DNA of 64,000 nucleotides from a virus, in the IMG/VR virus record IMGVR_UViG_3300045988_176431, positions 1 through 64,000 of that record. One strand, given 5' to 3'. This document shows, one piece after another, positions 47,680 to 57,924 of the stretch. The position numbers were made by a program, and so were the translations under genes. The notes under the pieces are model-generated. The model had not been told where the DNA came from. It worked only from the letters and a program-made list of their open reading frames with translations, and ran no database searches. Position 1 is the first letter of the stretch. Each line of letters starts with the position of its first letter.

Positions 47680-47830
47680 AAAAACCCTCCTATCTTTTTT
47701 CTTATTTAGTGAGTAGATAATGTGAGGAGATTTTTTTCTCCTCACATATCAACTTTGTGCATCAGCTAAATAAGTTTATTTTTAATCTAATCTTAATACA
47801 AGGTTTTTTTTATAATTGAAAATAATTATA

Positions 47831-47842
47831 GTTATATATTAT
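47831..47842 (+). promoter_or_regulatory. promoter-like motif gTTATATATTAT
   Basis: In the divergent intergenic region, 35 nt upstream of 47877. Confidence 0.4.
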
Positions 47843-47876
47843 ATTTATAGAATTAATGTAAAAAATATGAAAGGAA

Positions 47877-48857
47877 ATGATGATTATGAACAAAACGATG
47901 TATAAAAGATTACAGGCATTGGAAGGAAAACCTGTTAAAGAAAAAGAAAAGAAAGGAAAAAAGAAAAAGAAATATAGTCTTAAGAAAAAAGCAATCTATC
48001 AGATTCGACTTACTCAGTTTAAGATATTTTTATTTGAGGTAATCTGTATGATTAACGGATTTGATAAGGATGATTATCTTTATCATGATGGATTTACAAT
48101 GGATGTAAAATTCAAATTCAATAAACTTTTTAAAGAGTTATCTCTTCTTGGATTTGAAGAAGAGGAGAAAAATGATATTAATTCTTTGAAGTTTAGAGGA
48201 CGATTTGCTACTCGTATTTTGATTTACTTCTTCAAAAATATTGATAAGGTGATTGATGATATCACAAGTGATTGTGGTTATTATTCATGGGGTGATAAAA
48301 TCAGTTTCTTAAATAAATTGATGCAAAGAATTAATAAATTTGTAATCACCTACTTATCAAAAGATTACAATTACAAGGAGCATTTAGACAAACTCTTAGA
48401 GATTATGTATATTGATGATAGGAGAGATGTTGAAGCAACAAAAGTTTGTAAGACTTATGAAGTTCAGTCTGAGTTTGTAAAAAGGGCATGTAAAACAAAA
48501 GAGTATGATGAAGATGTTATGATTAATAACATTACTAAGTTAGCCTATGTAATGGCGACAAATAAAATGAATATTAAAAAATGTGCAGAATATGAGGAGG
48601 GTATTACAATAAGAGATAAAGAAGCGATGAAGAATCAAATTGGTCAGTTAGGATATGCTATTTTAAAAAGGAGGGTGAAAGAACCAACGACATCTGCTTA
48701 TAAAGCATTTGGAAAAGCAAATCCTCTGTTTTATAGTAGATTTAATTCAGTAAATGAGGAGGTTGAATTAAATATAGGAACAAAAGCATTAGTATTTTTG
48801 AAGGTATTAATGGATGATCCATATGTGAATAAGTTTATTGATAAAATGATTGCATAA
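47877..48857 (+). CDS. hypothetical protein
   Basis: 326-aa ORF. The start may be ATG 47886. Confidence 0.75.
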   Translation: MMIMNKTMYKRLQALEGKPVKEKEKKGKKKKKYSLKKKAIYQIRLTQFKIFLFEVICMINGFDKDDYLYHDGFTMDVKFKFNKLFKELSLLGFEEEEKNDINSLKFRGRFATRILIYFFKNIDKVIDDITSDCGYYSWGDKISFLNKLMQRINKFVITYLSKDYNYKEHLDKLLEIMYIDDRRDVEATKVCKTYEVQSEFVKRACKTKEYDEDVMINNITKLAYVMATNKMNIKKCAEYEEGITIRDKEAMKNQIGQLGYAILKRRVKEPTTSAYKAFGKANPLFYSRFNSVNEEVELNIGTKALVFLKVLMDDPYVNKFIDKMIA

Positions 48858-48883
48858 CAAATTTAAAAAAGGAGGATATAGTT

Positions 48884-49417
48884 ATGATGTTTTATGATAC
48901 AGTAGAGACAGGCGAAGATGAAATTATTATTGAGAGTGATAGAGTTTATAGTCCAAAATTAGGAACAGGTATTGCCACTATTGAAAGCCCTATTCATAAT
49001 ATACCAACAATGAATATGAATATTGCAAATTTTGTTATTGATATAAAATATAAACGAGGTCATCAGCGGATTGATCGCAAATACAAAAATGAAATAGATT
49101 TGCATAATAAACTTAATGAACTCGAACAGTTTTTAATTAAAGTTAAAAAGTGCTATAATGATCCAAGACCAATTTTCGCATTCAATTGTTTGATTAAACC
49201 AAGTGAAATTGTTTCAGTATCTGCAACTGTACGTGAATTGAATATTTCTGAAGAAAGAAAATATATTGAAAAAGGTTTAACAAAAGATGAAATCGATATC
49301 TTAGAATCAAGTGACATTGAATGGTTTCCTGAAAATATAACAGACTCAACTTACGATATTAGAGTTTTTAGTGAAGATGAGTATGAGAAAGTATTACAAT
49401 TACTTGGTCGTAAATAA
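48884..49417 (+). CDS. hypothetical protein
   Basis: 177-aa ORF with AAGGAGG RBS. Confidence 0.75.
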   Translation: MMFYDTVETGEDEIIIESDRVYSPKLGTGIATIESPIHNIPTMNMNIANFVIDIKYKRGHQRIDRKYKNEIDLHNKLNELEQFLIKVKKCYNDPRPIFAFNCLIKPSEIVSVSATVRELNISEERKYIEKGLTKDEIDILESSDIEWFPENITDSTYDIRVFSEDEYEKVLQLLGRK

Positions 49418-49434
49418 TAAAGGAGGTGATAATT

Positions 49435-49644
49435 ATGGATGCTGAAAACGAATTGGAGAAATATGCTGAAGAGATTTTAAGAAAGCAATTCTCAAAAGAT
49501 AATGATGTTATGAAAACACTCATTATCCCAACATTGATTGGGTTAGGATTTGGTGGATTACTTTGTACCATTTCCGAAAGATGTCAGATGAAGAAAAGAA
49601 TTAGAGATTTAGAAAATCGTGTTTATGAATTGGAGGAAAAATGA
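49435..49644 (+). CDS. small membrane protein
   Basis: ATG after AAAGGAGG. TM helix LIIPTLIGLGFGGLLCTI. Confidence 0.65.
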   Translation: MDAENELEKYAEEILRKQFSKDNDVMKTLIIPTLIGLGFGGLLCTISERCQMKKRIRDLENRVYELEEK

Positions 49645-49862
49645 TGTTAAAAGTTAGTAAAAAATTTGAACTTGATGAACTGAAAACTGTATTGAAAAAT
49701 TATTATAATGAATCAGAGATTTCAGAAATTGAACAAGTATTGGTTGAGAATGATGCATGGTCTGATGGACATATTGTAATCTTATCTGTTACAGCAGCAA
49801 ATGCTCAATATCATGATAAGTTTCGTGTAGTTGCACCTGAAACTTATGATGTATTCTTTTAA
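49641..49862 (+). CDS. hypothetical small protein
   Basis: 73-aa ORF with ATGA overlap to the upstream gene. Confidence 0.65.
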   Translation: MMLKVSKKFELDELKTVLKNYYNESEISEIEQVLVENDAWSDGHIVILSVTAANAQYHDKFRVVAPETYDVFF

Positions 49863-49867
49863 CAAGT

Positions 49868-49908
49868 AAAAAAGAGTAGTGAGAATTTAATCTCACTACT
49901 CTTTTTTT
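49868..49908. terminator. bidirectional terminator
   Basis: aaaaagagtagtgaga atttaa tctcactactcttttt. Confidence 0.75.
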
Positions 49909-49909
49909 A

Positions 49910-51361
49910 TTAATTAATAGGTTCACAATTATCACATACTTCTTCTTTTGGTTCTTCATCATCAGATTCATGCTTTTTTATGTCACCATGAAAAGATGAT
50001 GTTTGTACTTTCTTATTTTTTTGGATAAATTCACTAATGTCTCCAATCTCTTTATCTTTTTTTGAATTTTCGATTTCATCTAAGATCCTTGTGTATTCTT
50101 TTTTCAAATCATCAAGATCCATATCTGTTAATTCTTTTGTAATTGGGTATTTATTCAATTCCAAAGTTTTTAACATAATGGCTCTTTCTTCTTTTTTCTT
50201 TTTCTCGTCACGTTCGATTCTTCTAGGATGATTTGGATGTAAGATATTATCCTTTTCAAATCGTTCTTTATAATCTTCAAAGTAATCTAAGCATTTCTTA
50301 ATTGAATTAATGAATTTTTCTTTATTTGCATCATTATATTTTTCATAAATCAATTTTGAAATGGAAGATACAATTGAGCGTACATAAGAACGGTCTGCAT
50401 CATCATTAATATTGATATAAGCAATAAACCTCATCACAATAAATAAATATAAGTTATTGTATACATGATATTCTTCCGGCAAGTATTTTTCTTCAATATT
50501 AAAGAAGAAACGATATGTGCTAGAATTAAATCCGACCTTTTCAATTTTATTTTTAAATCGTTCAATAATATAAGCACTCTTGTTATTATTGAAGTATGTT
50601 TTAACAATACTTTCTACTTCTTTTGTTCCAAGTTTATCAAGACGTTCCGTGATAAAAGAACCATTAATGATTTTTTCAAGAGCATCAATCTTTTTTTGCA
50701 TCTTATTAATCTCAAAGGTATTCATTTTTTCTTTATCTTCTCTAAGACTAACGATTCTTTCATTTAAACGTTTAAGATTTTCTATCTGTTTTTGTTCATA
50801 TTCTGGAGAGCACATGTAATTAGAATATTCATTTAATACTTTTTCTGTTTCATCTTTTAATTCTTTTACATTATTTTCAGATTCCTCTAAAGAAACAAAA
50901 TCTTCTTTTAATTTTACAAGTACCTCACGAATTAAATTAAATTTTTCTGTAGGATAAACTTCCTCGAAAGGAACTACATCAATTTCTTTCTCATCATAAT
51001 TAGGTAAATTTTCTGGATCTAAATTTTCATCTATTGTATTTTTACTTTCATAATGCTGACTACAAATATCTTTAATCCAGTTTTCATCTGATTCAATATC
51101 TGGAACATTTTTCATATCCATTGGACCAAATGGAATTCTGATTTTTAATAATGCTTCTTCTGCAACGTCATCATCCATTTTTCGAAGTTCTTCTTGTGTA
51201 TAAGCATCAAATAAAAATTTACTACGACCAAAAGAAATATTATCAGCCTCATATGAATTTTTTACAATGTCACGGTAGATATTTAACTGCTCTTCTGCCT
51301 CTTTAACCATATCTACCATAACTTTATAATCCTGATGTGGATTAATCTTTTTCTCTGACAT
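49910..51361 (-). CDS. hypothetical helical/coiled-coil protein downstream of terminase
   Basis: Start 51361 after AAGGAGGA. 483 aa. No portal-like features recognised. Confidence 0.75.
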   Translation of the reverse strand: MSEKKINPHQDYKVMVDMVKEAEEQLNIYRDIVKNSYEADNISFGRSKFLFDAYTQEELRKMDDDVAEEALLKIRIPFGPMDMKNVPDIESDENWIKDICSQHYESKNTIDENLDPENLPNYDEKEIDVVPFEEVYPTEKFNLIREVLVKLKEDFVSLEESENNVKELKDETEKVLNEYSNYMCSPEYEQKQIENLKRLNERIVSLREDKEKMNTFEINKMQKKIDALEKIINGSFITERLDKLGTKEVESIVKTYFNNNKSAYIIERFKNKIEKVGFNSSTYRFFFNIEEKYLPEEYHVYNNLYLFIVMRFIAYININDDADRSYVRSIVSSISKLIYEKYNDANKEKFINSIKKCLDYFEDYKERFEKDNILHPNHPRRIERDEKKKKEERAIMLKTLELNKYPITKELTDMDLDDLKKEYTRILDEIENSKKDKEIGDISEFIQKNKKVQTSSFHGDIKKHESDDEEPKEEVCDNCEPIN

Positions 51362-51424
51362 ATTTTTGTCCTCCTTATTAAAATAAATAATTAAAAAAAT
51401 GTCATAAGGAATATACATAATCAG

Positions 51425-51462
51425 AAAGTAAAAAGAGATGAGAAATATTTCTCATCTCTTTT
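51425..51462 (-). terminator. intrinsic terminator after terminase
   Basis: aaaagagatgagaaat/atttctcatctctttt palindrome, T-rich on the minus strand. Confidence 0.65.
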
Positions 51463-51467
51463 AGTAA

Positions 51468-52757
51468 TTAGAAATTATTTAATGTATTAAATAAATCTAA
51501 GTCTATACTTCCCATGTTTTCATCAGAACCATCAATCATATAATCTGCTGTGTTGTCATAAAGCTCACTATCAATGAGATTTTTCTTATATAACATCATA
51601 GATTCTTTTTGGGATTGAGCAATTGCTTTTCTCAGTTCTTCTGCATACATGTCTTTATTTGCTTCTTTCATCATTGTATCATGAATATCTCTTGCTGCTT
51701 CTGTTGAAATATTCTTTGTATAAGCGTCATCAGGTCTATGCAAACCATCATTATTTGCATTTTCAATAACTTCACCTTTATACAAACCAAAAGTCTCTAA
51801 GTTATCACCATGATAGTATACATATAATCCTATTAAGTATGACATAATAGAGTCATCGTGAAAACCTGCTCCTGCTTCGATTTTTCCACTTGGTTTTTTC
51901 ACAAGTCTTGATAAGTCATCCACAATATTTTGACAAATAAATTTATCTTTAAATTCACTAACATGTCTTGACAATATTGCGAACATTGTTTCACGTGAAT
52001 TTCCTTGTGTATAAACACCATAAAATTTCTTTTTCTGAGCATTATTCTTGAGCATACTTTGTACAGTTTCGTTCGAATGCATTTTTTCTTCTTGTAAATC
52101 TCTTGATTTATCAAAATACAGATTTCCTGCAATTGGACTATACATCAAATGATCAATGATACCATCACCTACGTTATTACGCTCAATACAAATAATAGCA
52201 TTTGGAATATATTGCTCAACTAATTCACGAATTACTAATTCATAAAGGGTTTCACCAATATAAGAACATTTAAATTCAGCAACAGGTTCTACCTTATAAG
52301 GATCAATAATTGTCATTGCATTATTATCTCCAAGAGTACCAGTAGAACAGTCAACACCTACAATATATGGAATTGATTTATCAAATTCTTCGTATATATC
52401 TAATTCATAATATTCTTTCAAATAAACTTTCTTAATCGGTCTCTTACATACATCAATGATGTAATCAATATCTTCACGAGCATATGGAGAATTTCCAGAA
52501 CCTTTCAATCGTTGTAATAAAATCTCACGACGAACAGTTAATGGATCACCAATCTCATTAGCGATATCTCTAAACCATTTTTCATCTTTTCCGATTTGAT
52601 GATAATCATATTCAATATATAAAATATGATTGGAATCATCTGCTTTAATCCAATCAATACATTTTTTATCAGACCAATCATACATTTTTTCAGTCCATGG
52701 TCTTGTTTTTGCTAACAATCTTTGTGCTGCCATTCCTTCAGCAGTATCTAAATCACC
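51468..52757 (-). CDS. terL: terminase large subunit (T4 gp17-like), exon 2 (nuclease half)
   Basis: VGVDCSTGTLGDNNAMTIID and GFHDDSIMSYLIGLY match T4 gp17 LDCSEGRGQDYHALHIID and GYHDDLVMSLVIFGW. The listed TTG 'start' at 52760 lies inside the intron. Confidence 0.8.
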   Translation of the reverse strand, partial: GDLDTAEGMAAQRLLAKTRPWTEKMYDWSDKKCIDWIKADDSNHILYIEYDYHQIGKDEKWFRDIANEIGDPLTVRREILLQRLKGSGNSPYAREDIDYIIDVCKRPIKKVYLKEYYELDIYEEFDKSIPYIVGVDCSTGTLGDNNAMTIIDPYKVEPVAEFKCSYIGETLYELVIRELVEQYIPNAIICIERNNVGDGIIDHLMYSPIAGNLYFDKSRDLQEEKMHSNETVQSMLKNNAQKKKFYGVYTQGNSRETMFAILSRHVSEFKDKFICQNIVDDLSRLVKKPSGKIEAGAGFHDDSIMSYLIGLYVYYHGDNLETFGLYKGEVIENANNDGLHRPDDAYTKNISTEAARDIHDTMMKEANKDMYAEELRKAIAQSQKESMMLYKKNLIDSELYDNTADYMIDGSDENMGSIDLDLFNTLNNF

Positions 52758-53140
52758 CAATTTATTTTATTCATATAAGTTCGTTATACTTATATCTGTT
52801 TTTATACAGCTATACTTCTCAGTATAGATTAGACTATATCTTCATCCTTATATTCTATTACCAAACATAAAGAGCCTACCATTTCGTAAAGCACCAATTT
52901 CGTGCACCCAGACTTCTGGTCTACTCTACTCAGTTATTCATATATAGATTTCTCTATATACTATCCTTTCGATAGTCGTTGAACATTCCTAATTGTTATT
53001 AGGCTTTGCTGCGGATTGTCTCTATCCTTAACGTTTTTACTATATTTTCAATATTAGTAGGTAAGACTTAACGAGAGTTCCCCGCAATTAGATAGGTTTT
53101 CCTTAAAAGTTTATGCAACTTTCTCACGCCCAGTGATTTT
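52758..53140 (-). ncRNA. group I self-splicing intron
   Basis: P1: exon ACGCCU (rc of 53141-53146) pairs with GGGCGU (rc of 53126-53131), with U.G at the junction and a 9-nt loop. Terminal G (rc of 52758). The core is nearly identical to the topoisomerase intron (e.g. gagtagagtagaccagaagtctgggtgcacgaaattggtgctttacgaaatggtaggct). Confidence 0.8.
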
Positions 53141-53977
53141 AGGCGTGCATGTAAATATACGACCATATAATGTATGATTTTTCTTTGATTTTTCTGCGGC
53201 TGTATTAAATGTAGAAACCGAGTTCTGAACAATAACATCAATATGAGATGTAAATTCAGGCTCGTCAAAATGTAATAATGGTGAAGTTAAACCACGGGCT
53301 AAGTTTAATGCCTGTGCATAACTTGTTGCTTTTGCTTTAACGGTAATACTATTTCCTGTCACAGGATGTTGCATACGGGTTGCATTTTTAACCATCTTTG
53401 TAATTTTACCGTCTTCATCCATATAAGATTCAAATCGTAAATATTCAGGTAATATCTCAATTTGTGCAGCGACACGACGTAAATTTTCTTTTGCATTCTC
53501 ACCATCTTTATTTACAAAAATAAAGTTAGAGTTTGAAGTACCAAAAGAATATGCCCATGTTTGTATACACAATGCTGAAACAGTTTTACCTTGCTGACGA
53601 CAAAGACATAACCATGAATCATACCCATGTAATAAACACCAAGCTTGTGCAATATTACCACGATTTGCACGATATGGAACACCATTTTTCATACCAGGCT
53701 CTGGAATTCTTGCTACCTCACGTAGATAATACCAAGGATTCTTTGTACATTCTACCATGATACGTGAAATTTGGTCTTTTGACAAACTTGTTCGTTCTGT
53801 CTTTTCATCTACTTGAAAAGCATCTACATTTGTCAAACTAATATCACATATTTCTAGCATGAAATAAAAGTTTTTTATTCCTACTTTTTTTAAATCAGTA
53901 GCAACTTTTAAAAAACTTTTATTGGCAGTTCCAGTATCATAATACTTTCCATTTATTTTCCTTATTCTATGTGCCAA
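53141..53977 (-). CDS. terL: terminase large subunit, exon 1 (ATPase half)
   Basis: TTG 53977 after AAGGAGG (ORF open to ATG 54049). CRQQGKT (Walker A; T4 SRQLGKT), LLHFDEPEF (Walker B), IFTCTP (motif III; T4 ITTTP). The listed tail KITGREKVA* is intron read-through. Confidence 0.8.
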
Positions 53978-54067
53978 AAAGATTTCCTCCTTTCTTACAT
54001 GAATTAATATACTGTCATGAATGAAAGAAAAAATATCCATTAAAAACATGATTATAAAGAACGTGAG

Positions 54068-54604
54068 GTGAGATTTTTGTATAAAGAAAATAGAAATGAA
54101 TTAAGAAGAATCATACAAAACTACTTAGCAGATAAAAAACCATTAGTAGGGAAAATCAACTTATCTACATTAAAGCAAACAGAAAAACTATTAAAGAAAT
54201 CAAAAAATGATAAAATGATTTCTGTAAATGATGTAATTGGTTATCATCGTATTATGAATACGAAAATGAATGTTATTTATTCAGAAATGTCAAAGGAACA
54301 TAAAAAAAAGATTGATATTTCAATCGCTACAAAAGAAATGAAAGTTATTGATGCTTTTAGACTAGCAATTCATTTAATGAATAAAGATTTTAAAGTTTTA
54401 CTTAGTGAGAAATACTTTGATGAATATAAAAAATACAAAATGTATGGAAAAATAGATACTGATAATATTATCTTTGAAAACTTAAAAGATACAATATCAT
54501 TACGAAAGAAAGTTGTAGAAGCTTATATTTCTTTCGTATATGGTCTATACAAAAAGATTCCAGAATTAATTCGTGAATATCGAAAGGATGTGACAAAATG
54601 TTAG
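54068..54604 (+). CDS. hypothetical protein
   Basis: 178-aa ORF. GAGGTGAG RBS favours TTG 54077 as the start. Confidence 0.7.
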   Translation: MRFLYKENRNELRRIIQNYLADKKPLVGKINLSTLKQTEKLLKKSKNDKMISVNDVIGYHRIMNTKMNVIYSEMSKEHKKKIDISIATKEMKVIDAFRLAIHLMNKDFKVLLSEKYFDEYKKYKMYGKIDTDNIIFENLKDTISLRKKVVEAYISFVYGLYKKIPELIREYRKDVTKC

Positions 54605-55002
54605 TATTTGACAGGTACTTCCGAGCTAAGGTAGATAGTTCGAAGTTTTTATCAAATGAAGTAAAAGAGATGGTTCGAAATGATGATTTTTCGTTGATTC
54701 ATAATCCATATGAAATCAATAAACAGATTGAAACGATTCAACGTCTTTTGAATGGAACTCGTGATTTAACAAAACGTGAACGAGCAATGTTAGAAAGTGG
54801 AATAAAAGAACGAATTCTTTTAATGGAAGAGATTAATAAGAATCGTAAAGAAATGGAAATGGTTGAAGATATTAATAATACGAATTCAACTTCACCAATC
54901 GATATTGCTATCAGTTGTAAAATCAAAGAACAACATTATGATGGATATATTCGAAGAGAACGAGCAGAAGAAATGATTCATCATTTAGATATTAAACCTT
55001 AA
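54598..55002 (+). CDS. hypothetical protein
   Basis: 134-aa ORF overlapping the upstream stop. Confidence 0.7.
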   Translation: MLVFDRYFRAKVDSSKFLSNEVKEMVRNDDFSLIHNPYEINKQIETIQRLLNGTRDLTKRERAMLESGIKERILLMEEINKNRKEMEMVEDINNTNSTSPIDIAISCKIKEQHYDGYIRRERAEEMIHHLDIKP

Positions 55003-55042
55003 AGAAATAGGATACTTTTATGTATCCTATTTCTTATTTTAC
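55003..55042 (+). terminator. intrinsic terminator
   Basis: agaaataggatac ttttat gtatcctatttct followed by a T-rich tail. Confidence 0.7.
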
Positions 55043-55098
55043 GTTTTTATATTCAAAAACACAATTCAATATCAATGAATAAGAGAGGAATGTGTAAT

Positions 55099-56349
55099 AT
55101 GAAATTAACTAACAAATTAAAACCATTTAGAAGTATTACAAATGAATTATTGTCTCCTGTTACAGAATTATCAAATCAGTTATTGAAGGAGTCAATTAGT
55201 AAAAAAATAGAATATGTATTTGAAGAATACGGCACAGATTATAAAATGATACGAAATACAAGATCATCTATCATGTTTAGTACAGATATGGTTGATATTT
55301 ATTTAAAAATATTAGAGTGGATTTATAAATATGATAAAAGAGCGGATATGAACAGGGAATCTATAATTAAATCTTTTGATAATGGTGCAATTAAAAGATT
55401 TCGAATTGGTGCTAATGTTGTAGTAATACATTGTGAATTAACACATGTAGGTATGCATACTAAAAAATTTATAATTGAAATTCTCGGATTACAAGTAGGT
55501 CAGTTATATGAAATAATAACAAGTATCATCAACAAAGAAATTCAAAGAAAAGATGAAAAATATATTAATAATAAATATATAGTCACAGAATTTCGTGTTG
55601 ATATGGCAGCTACTAATGGATTGAATTTAAAAAATGATTTTTCAGATTTGATTTGTCCTGAAAAAGATGATGTTTTAAATAATTTAAATAGATTTTTTGA
55701 GAAAGAAGAACTTTATAAGAATCATAATCTGATATTTAATTATAATATTTTGCTTCACGGTAAACCTGGAACCGGAAAAACTCTTCTTGCAAGAATTATA
55801 TCAGATTACTATGATGCAATTTTATTCACCTTTAATTCAAAAAGTTATATTTATGATTTTTTCAATTTTACGATTTATGATTCTTTTTCACAAGATATTA
55901 GAAAACATAAGAAATTTATTTTCTTATTTGATGAAATTGATATTATTTTAAAAGATACATTGATTGACCCCGTTTCTAAAGCATCTGCAGAATCAGAGAA
56001 TTCAAAATTAGAGACAATTTTAAAAGTATTAGATGGTGAACTATCAGTTCATAATTCTATTACAATTCTTACAACAAATCATATGGAAGATTTGGATGAA
56101 AGAGTTATTCGTTCAGGACGAATTGACTGTGATATTGAAATGAAAGATTTGTCATATGAATATGCTCTTAAGATATTAGAAAAATTTGATGTAGACCCAG
56201 GTAAGTATTTTGAAATATTATCATTTTATATAAAAGAAGATAAATCTGATTCAACAAAGGAAAATATTACTGAAAAAGTAATAAAGAAATGGAAATATAA
56301 TCCATCCAAATTAGAATCAATTATTTTACATCATTTATTAAGAAACTAA
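55099..56349 (+). CDS. AAA+ ATPase
   Basis: LLHGKPGTGKTLLA (Walker A), FIFLFDEIDII (Walker B), ILTTNH (sensor 1), RSGRID (Arg finger region). Confidence 0.75.
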   Translation: MKLTNKLKPFRSITNELLSPVTELSNQLLKESISKKIEYVFEEYGTDYKMIRNTRSSIMFSTDMVDIYLKILEWIYKYDKRADMNRESIIKSFDNGAIKRFRIGANVVVIHCELTHVGMHTKKFIIEILGLQVGQLYEIITSIINKEIQRKDEKYINNKYIVTEFRVDMAATNGLNLKNDFSDLICPEKDDVLNNLNRFFEKEELYKNHNLIFNYNILLHGKPGTGKTLLARIISDYYDAILFTFNSKSYIYDFFNFTIYDSFSQDIRKHKKFIFLFDEIDIILKDTLIDPVSKASAESENSKLETILKVLDGELSVHNSITILTTNHMEDLDERVIRSGRIDCDIEMKDLSYEYALKILEKFDVDPGKYFEILSFYIKEDKSDSTKENITEKVIKKWKYNPSKLESIILHHLLRN

Positions 56350-56393
56350 AAAAAAGAAGAGAATACAGAATATTCTGTATTCTCTTCTTTTTT
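56350..56393. terminator. bidirectional terminator
   Basis: aaaagaagagaatacagaa/ttctgtattctcttctttt palindrome (central ta). Confidence 0.75.
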
Positions 56394-56638
56394 CACTTAC
56401 TTTCCTCGATTGATTTAAGTTTCTTTTTTATTATTTGTATATCTTCATGTACTTCATCTAATTGATTTTGTATGTTATCTAACTTATTATTGATATGCTC
56501 TTGTTTTTCAATGATTTCAAGACATATATTATTTGTTCGGTTATATGTCATAATTATTAATCCCATATTAATAATTAGATAGACAAATAATGCTATAAGC
56601 ATGACAGTACTAAATACAACATATGTTTTCTTTTTCAT
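56393..56638 (-). CDS. small membrane protein with coiled-coil tail
   Basis: TM helix VVFSTVMLIALFVYLIINMGLII. Confidence 0.7.
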   Translation of the reverse strand: MKKKTYVVFSTVMLIALFVYLIINMGLIIMTYNRTNNICLEIIEKQEHINNKLDNIQNQLDEVHEDIQIIKKKLKSIEESK

Positions 56639-56669
56639 GTTATCACCACCTTTCTTTATTTACATTAAT

Positions 56670-56681
56670 ATGATATATAAA
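56670..56681 (-). promoter_or_regulatory. promoter-like motif TTTATATATCAT (minus strand)
   Basis: 32 nt upstream of the 56638 start. Identical to the 10215 copy. Confidence 0.35.
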
Positions 56682-56746
56682 TATGTCAGTTAATTTATTA
56701 GAAAAAACATATACTTAATAAATTATAATAGTTAGGATGTGATAGA

Positions 56747-57469
56747 ATGAATATATCTAAATTAGTAACCCGTATTAAAATGCAAATCGGTATTTATGGA
56801 GTTGCTTTACCAATTGATAATTTAGATGAAATCATTACAGATATTATACGTGATATCACGTTACCAGTATTTTCAACATATTGTCCATATGAAGAAAAAC
56901 TTTATATAGACCTTGATAAATTAGAAAGACTTGAACGTACATCAAGTTATTCTTCTTATCTCTTACCAGAGTTTAATCAAAGAAAACTTCTTTATATAAA
57001 AGACATTAGTTATGATGATAGATGTATGTCTGGAATCGGATACTGGGGTGGTGATATTCCATATTTAAATGGCGTATTAATGCAACAATCGATGATTAGT
57101 AATGCTGCTAATAACTTGTTACGAACTGTAATTCCAAAACTTAATTTTCAGTTCGAACCACCAAGAAGAGTTACGATTTATAATATGATTGCTACAAATA
57201 GTTTAATCTTTTCTTTACTATTTGAGCATGACAAAAATTTACAAACAATAACACCAACACAAGAAGAAAGTTTCTTCCGATTAGCTATATTAGATGTTAA
57301 AAATAATCTTTATGGATTAGTAAAACATTACAATCAGATTCAAACAGCATACGGTACTATTGATTTGAAAATTGATGATTGGCAAAATGCAGAAGCAGAA
57401 CGTAGAGATTTATTAAATGATTGGGATGATAAATATCAATTAGATTTAGGACAAATTACATGGAGTTAA
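56747..57469 (+). CDS. hypothetical protein (possible virion protein)
   Basis: 240-aa ORF with TAGGATGTGA RBS. Confidence 0.75.
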   Translation: MNISKLVTRIKMQIGIYGVALPIDNLDEIITDIIRDITLPVFSTYCPYEEKLYIDLDKLERLERTSSYSSYLLPEFNQRKLLYIKDISYDDRCMSGIGYWGGDIPYLNGVLMQQSMISNAANNLLRTVIPKLNFQFEPPRRVTIYNMIATNSLIFSLLFEHDKNLQTITPTQEESFFRLAILDVKNNLYGLVKHYNQIQTAYGTIDLKIDDWQNAEAERRDLLNDWDDKYQLDLGQITWS

Positions 57470-57471
57470 TA

Positions 57472-57507
57472 AAAAAAGAAGAATTATTATAGTAATTCTT
57501 CTTTTTG
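57472..57507. terminator. bidirectional terminator
   Basis: aaaaagaagaatta ... taattcttcttttt. Confidence 0.65.
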
Positions 57508-57527
57508 TGTAGAGAGTGAAGATGATA

Positions 57528-57758
57528 TTACTCATCTTCACTCTCTACTTCCTCTTCCGGAATTATTTCATCTGGAATTTCTGGTCCATCATCATCAATT
57601 ATTTCATCTGGGATATTAATTTTTTCATTAATATCAGAATCAATTTCTTTTTCTTTTTCCATCTTTTCAACGCTTTTCTGAGCGTTTACACCAATAATGA
57701 TTCCGGCAATTCCGGAAATAATACCTGAAATAATAGCAGCTTTATTTGTGTCTTTCAT
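57528..57758 (-). CDS. small Gly-zipper membrane protein with acidic tail
   Basis: AAIISGIISGIAGIIIGV followed by a D/E/I/P-rich tail. Confidence 0.7.
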   Translation of the reverse strand: MKDTNKAAIISGIISGIAGIIIGVNAQKSVEKMEKEKEIDSDINEKINIPDEIIDDDGPEIPDEIIPEEEVESEDE

Positions 57759-57824
57759 ATTGACACTCCTCTCTGGTTTTATAAGAGTTATTCCTTCTCT
57801 ATATTATTTATTAGATTCATGAAT

Positions 57825-57836
57825 ATAGTATATAAA
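57825..57836 (-). promoter_or_regulatory. promoter-like motif variant TTTATATACTAT (minus strand)
   Basis: 67 nt upstream of the 57758 start. Confidence 0.25.
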
Positions 57837-57924
57837 TGATATATACAGAAATACGATTTTCAATTCTAAATAACTGAGAAAACAAAGATATAACGTAATT
57901 GAAATATGAAAGTAGGTGAAAAAT

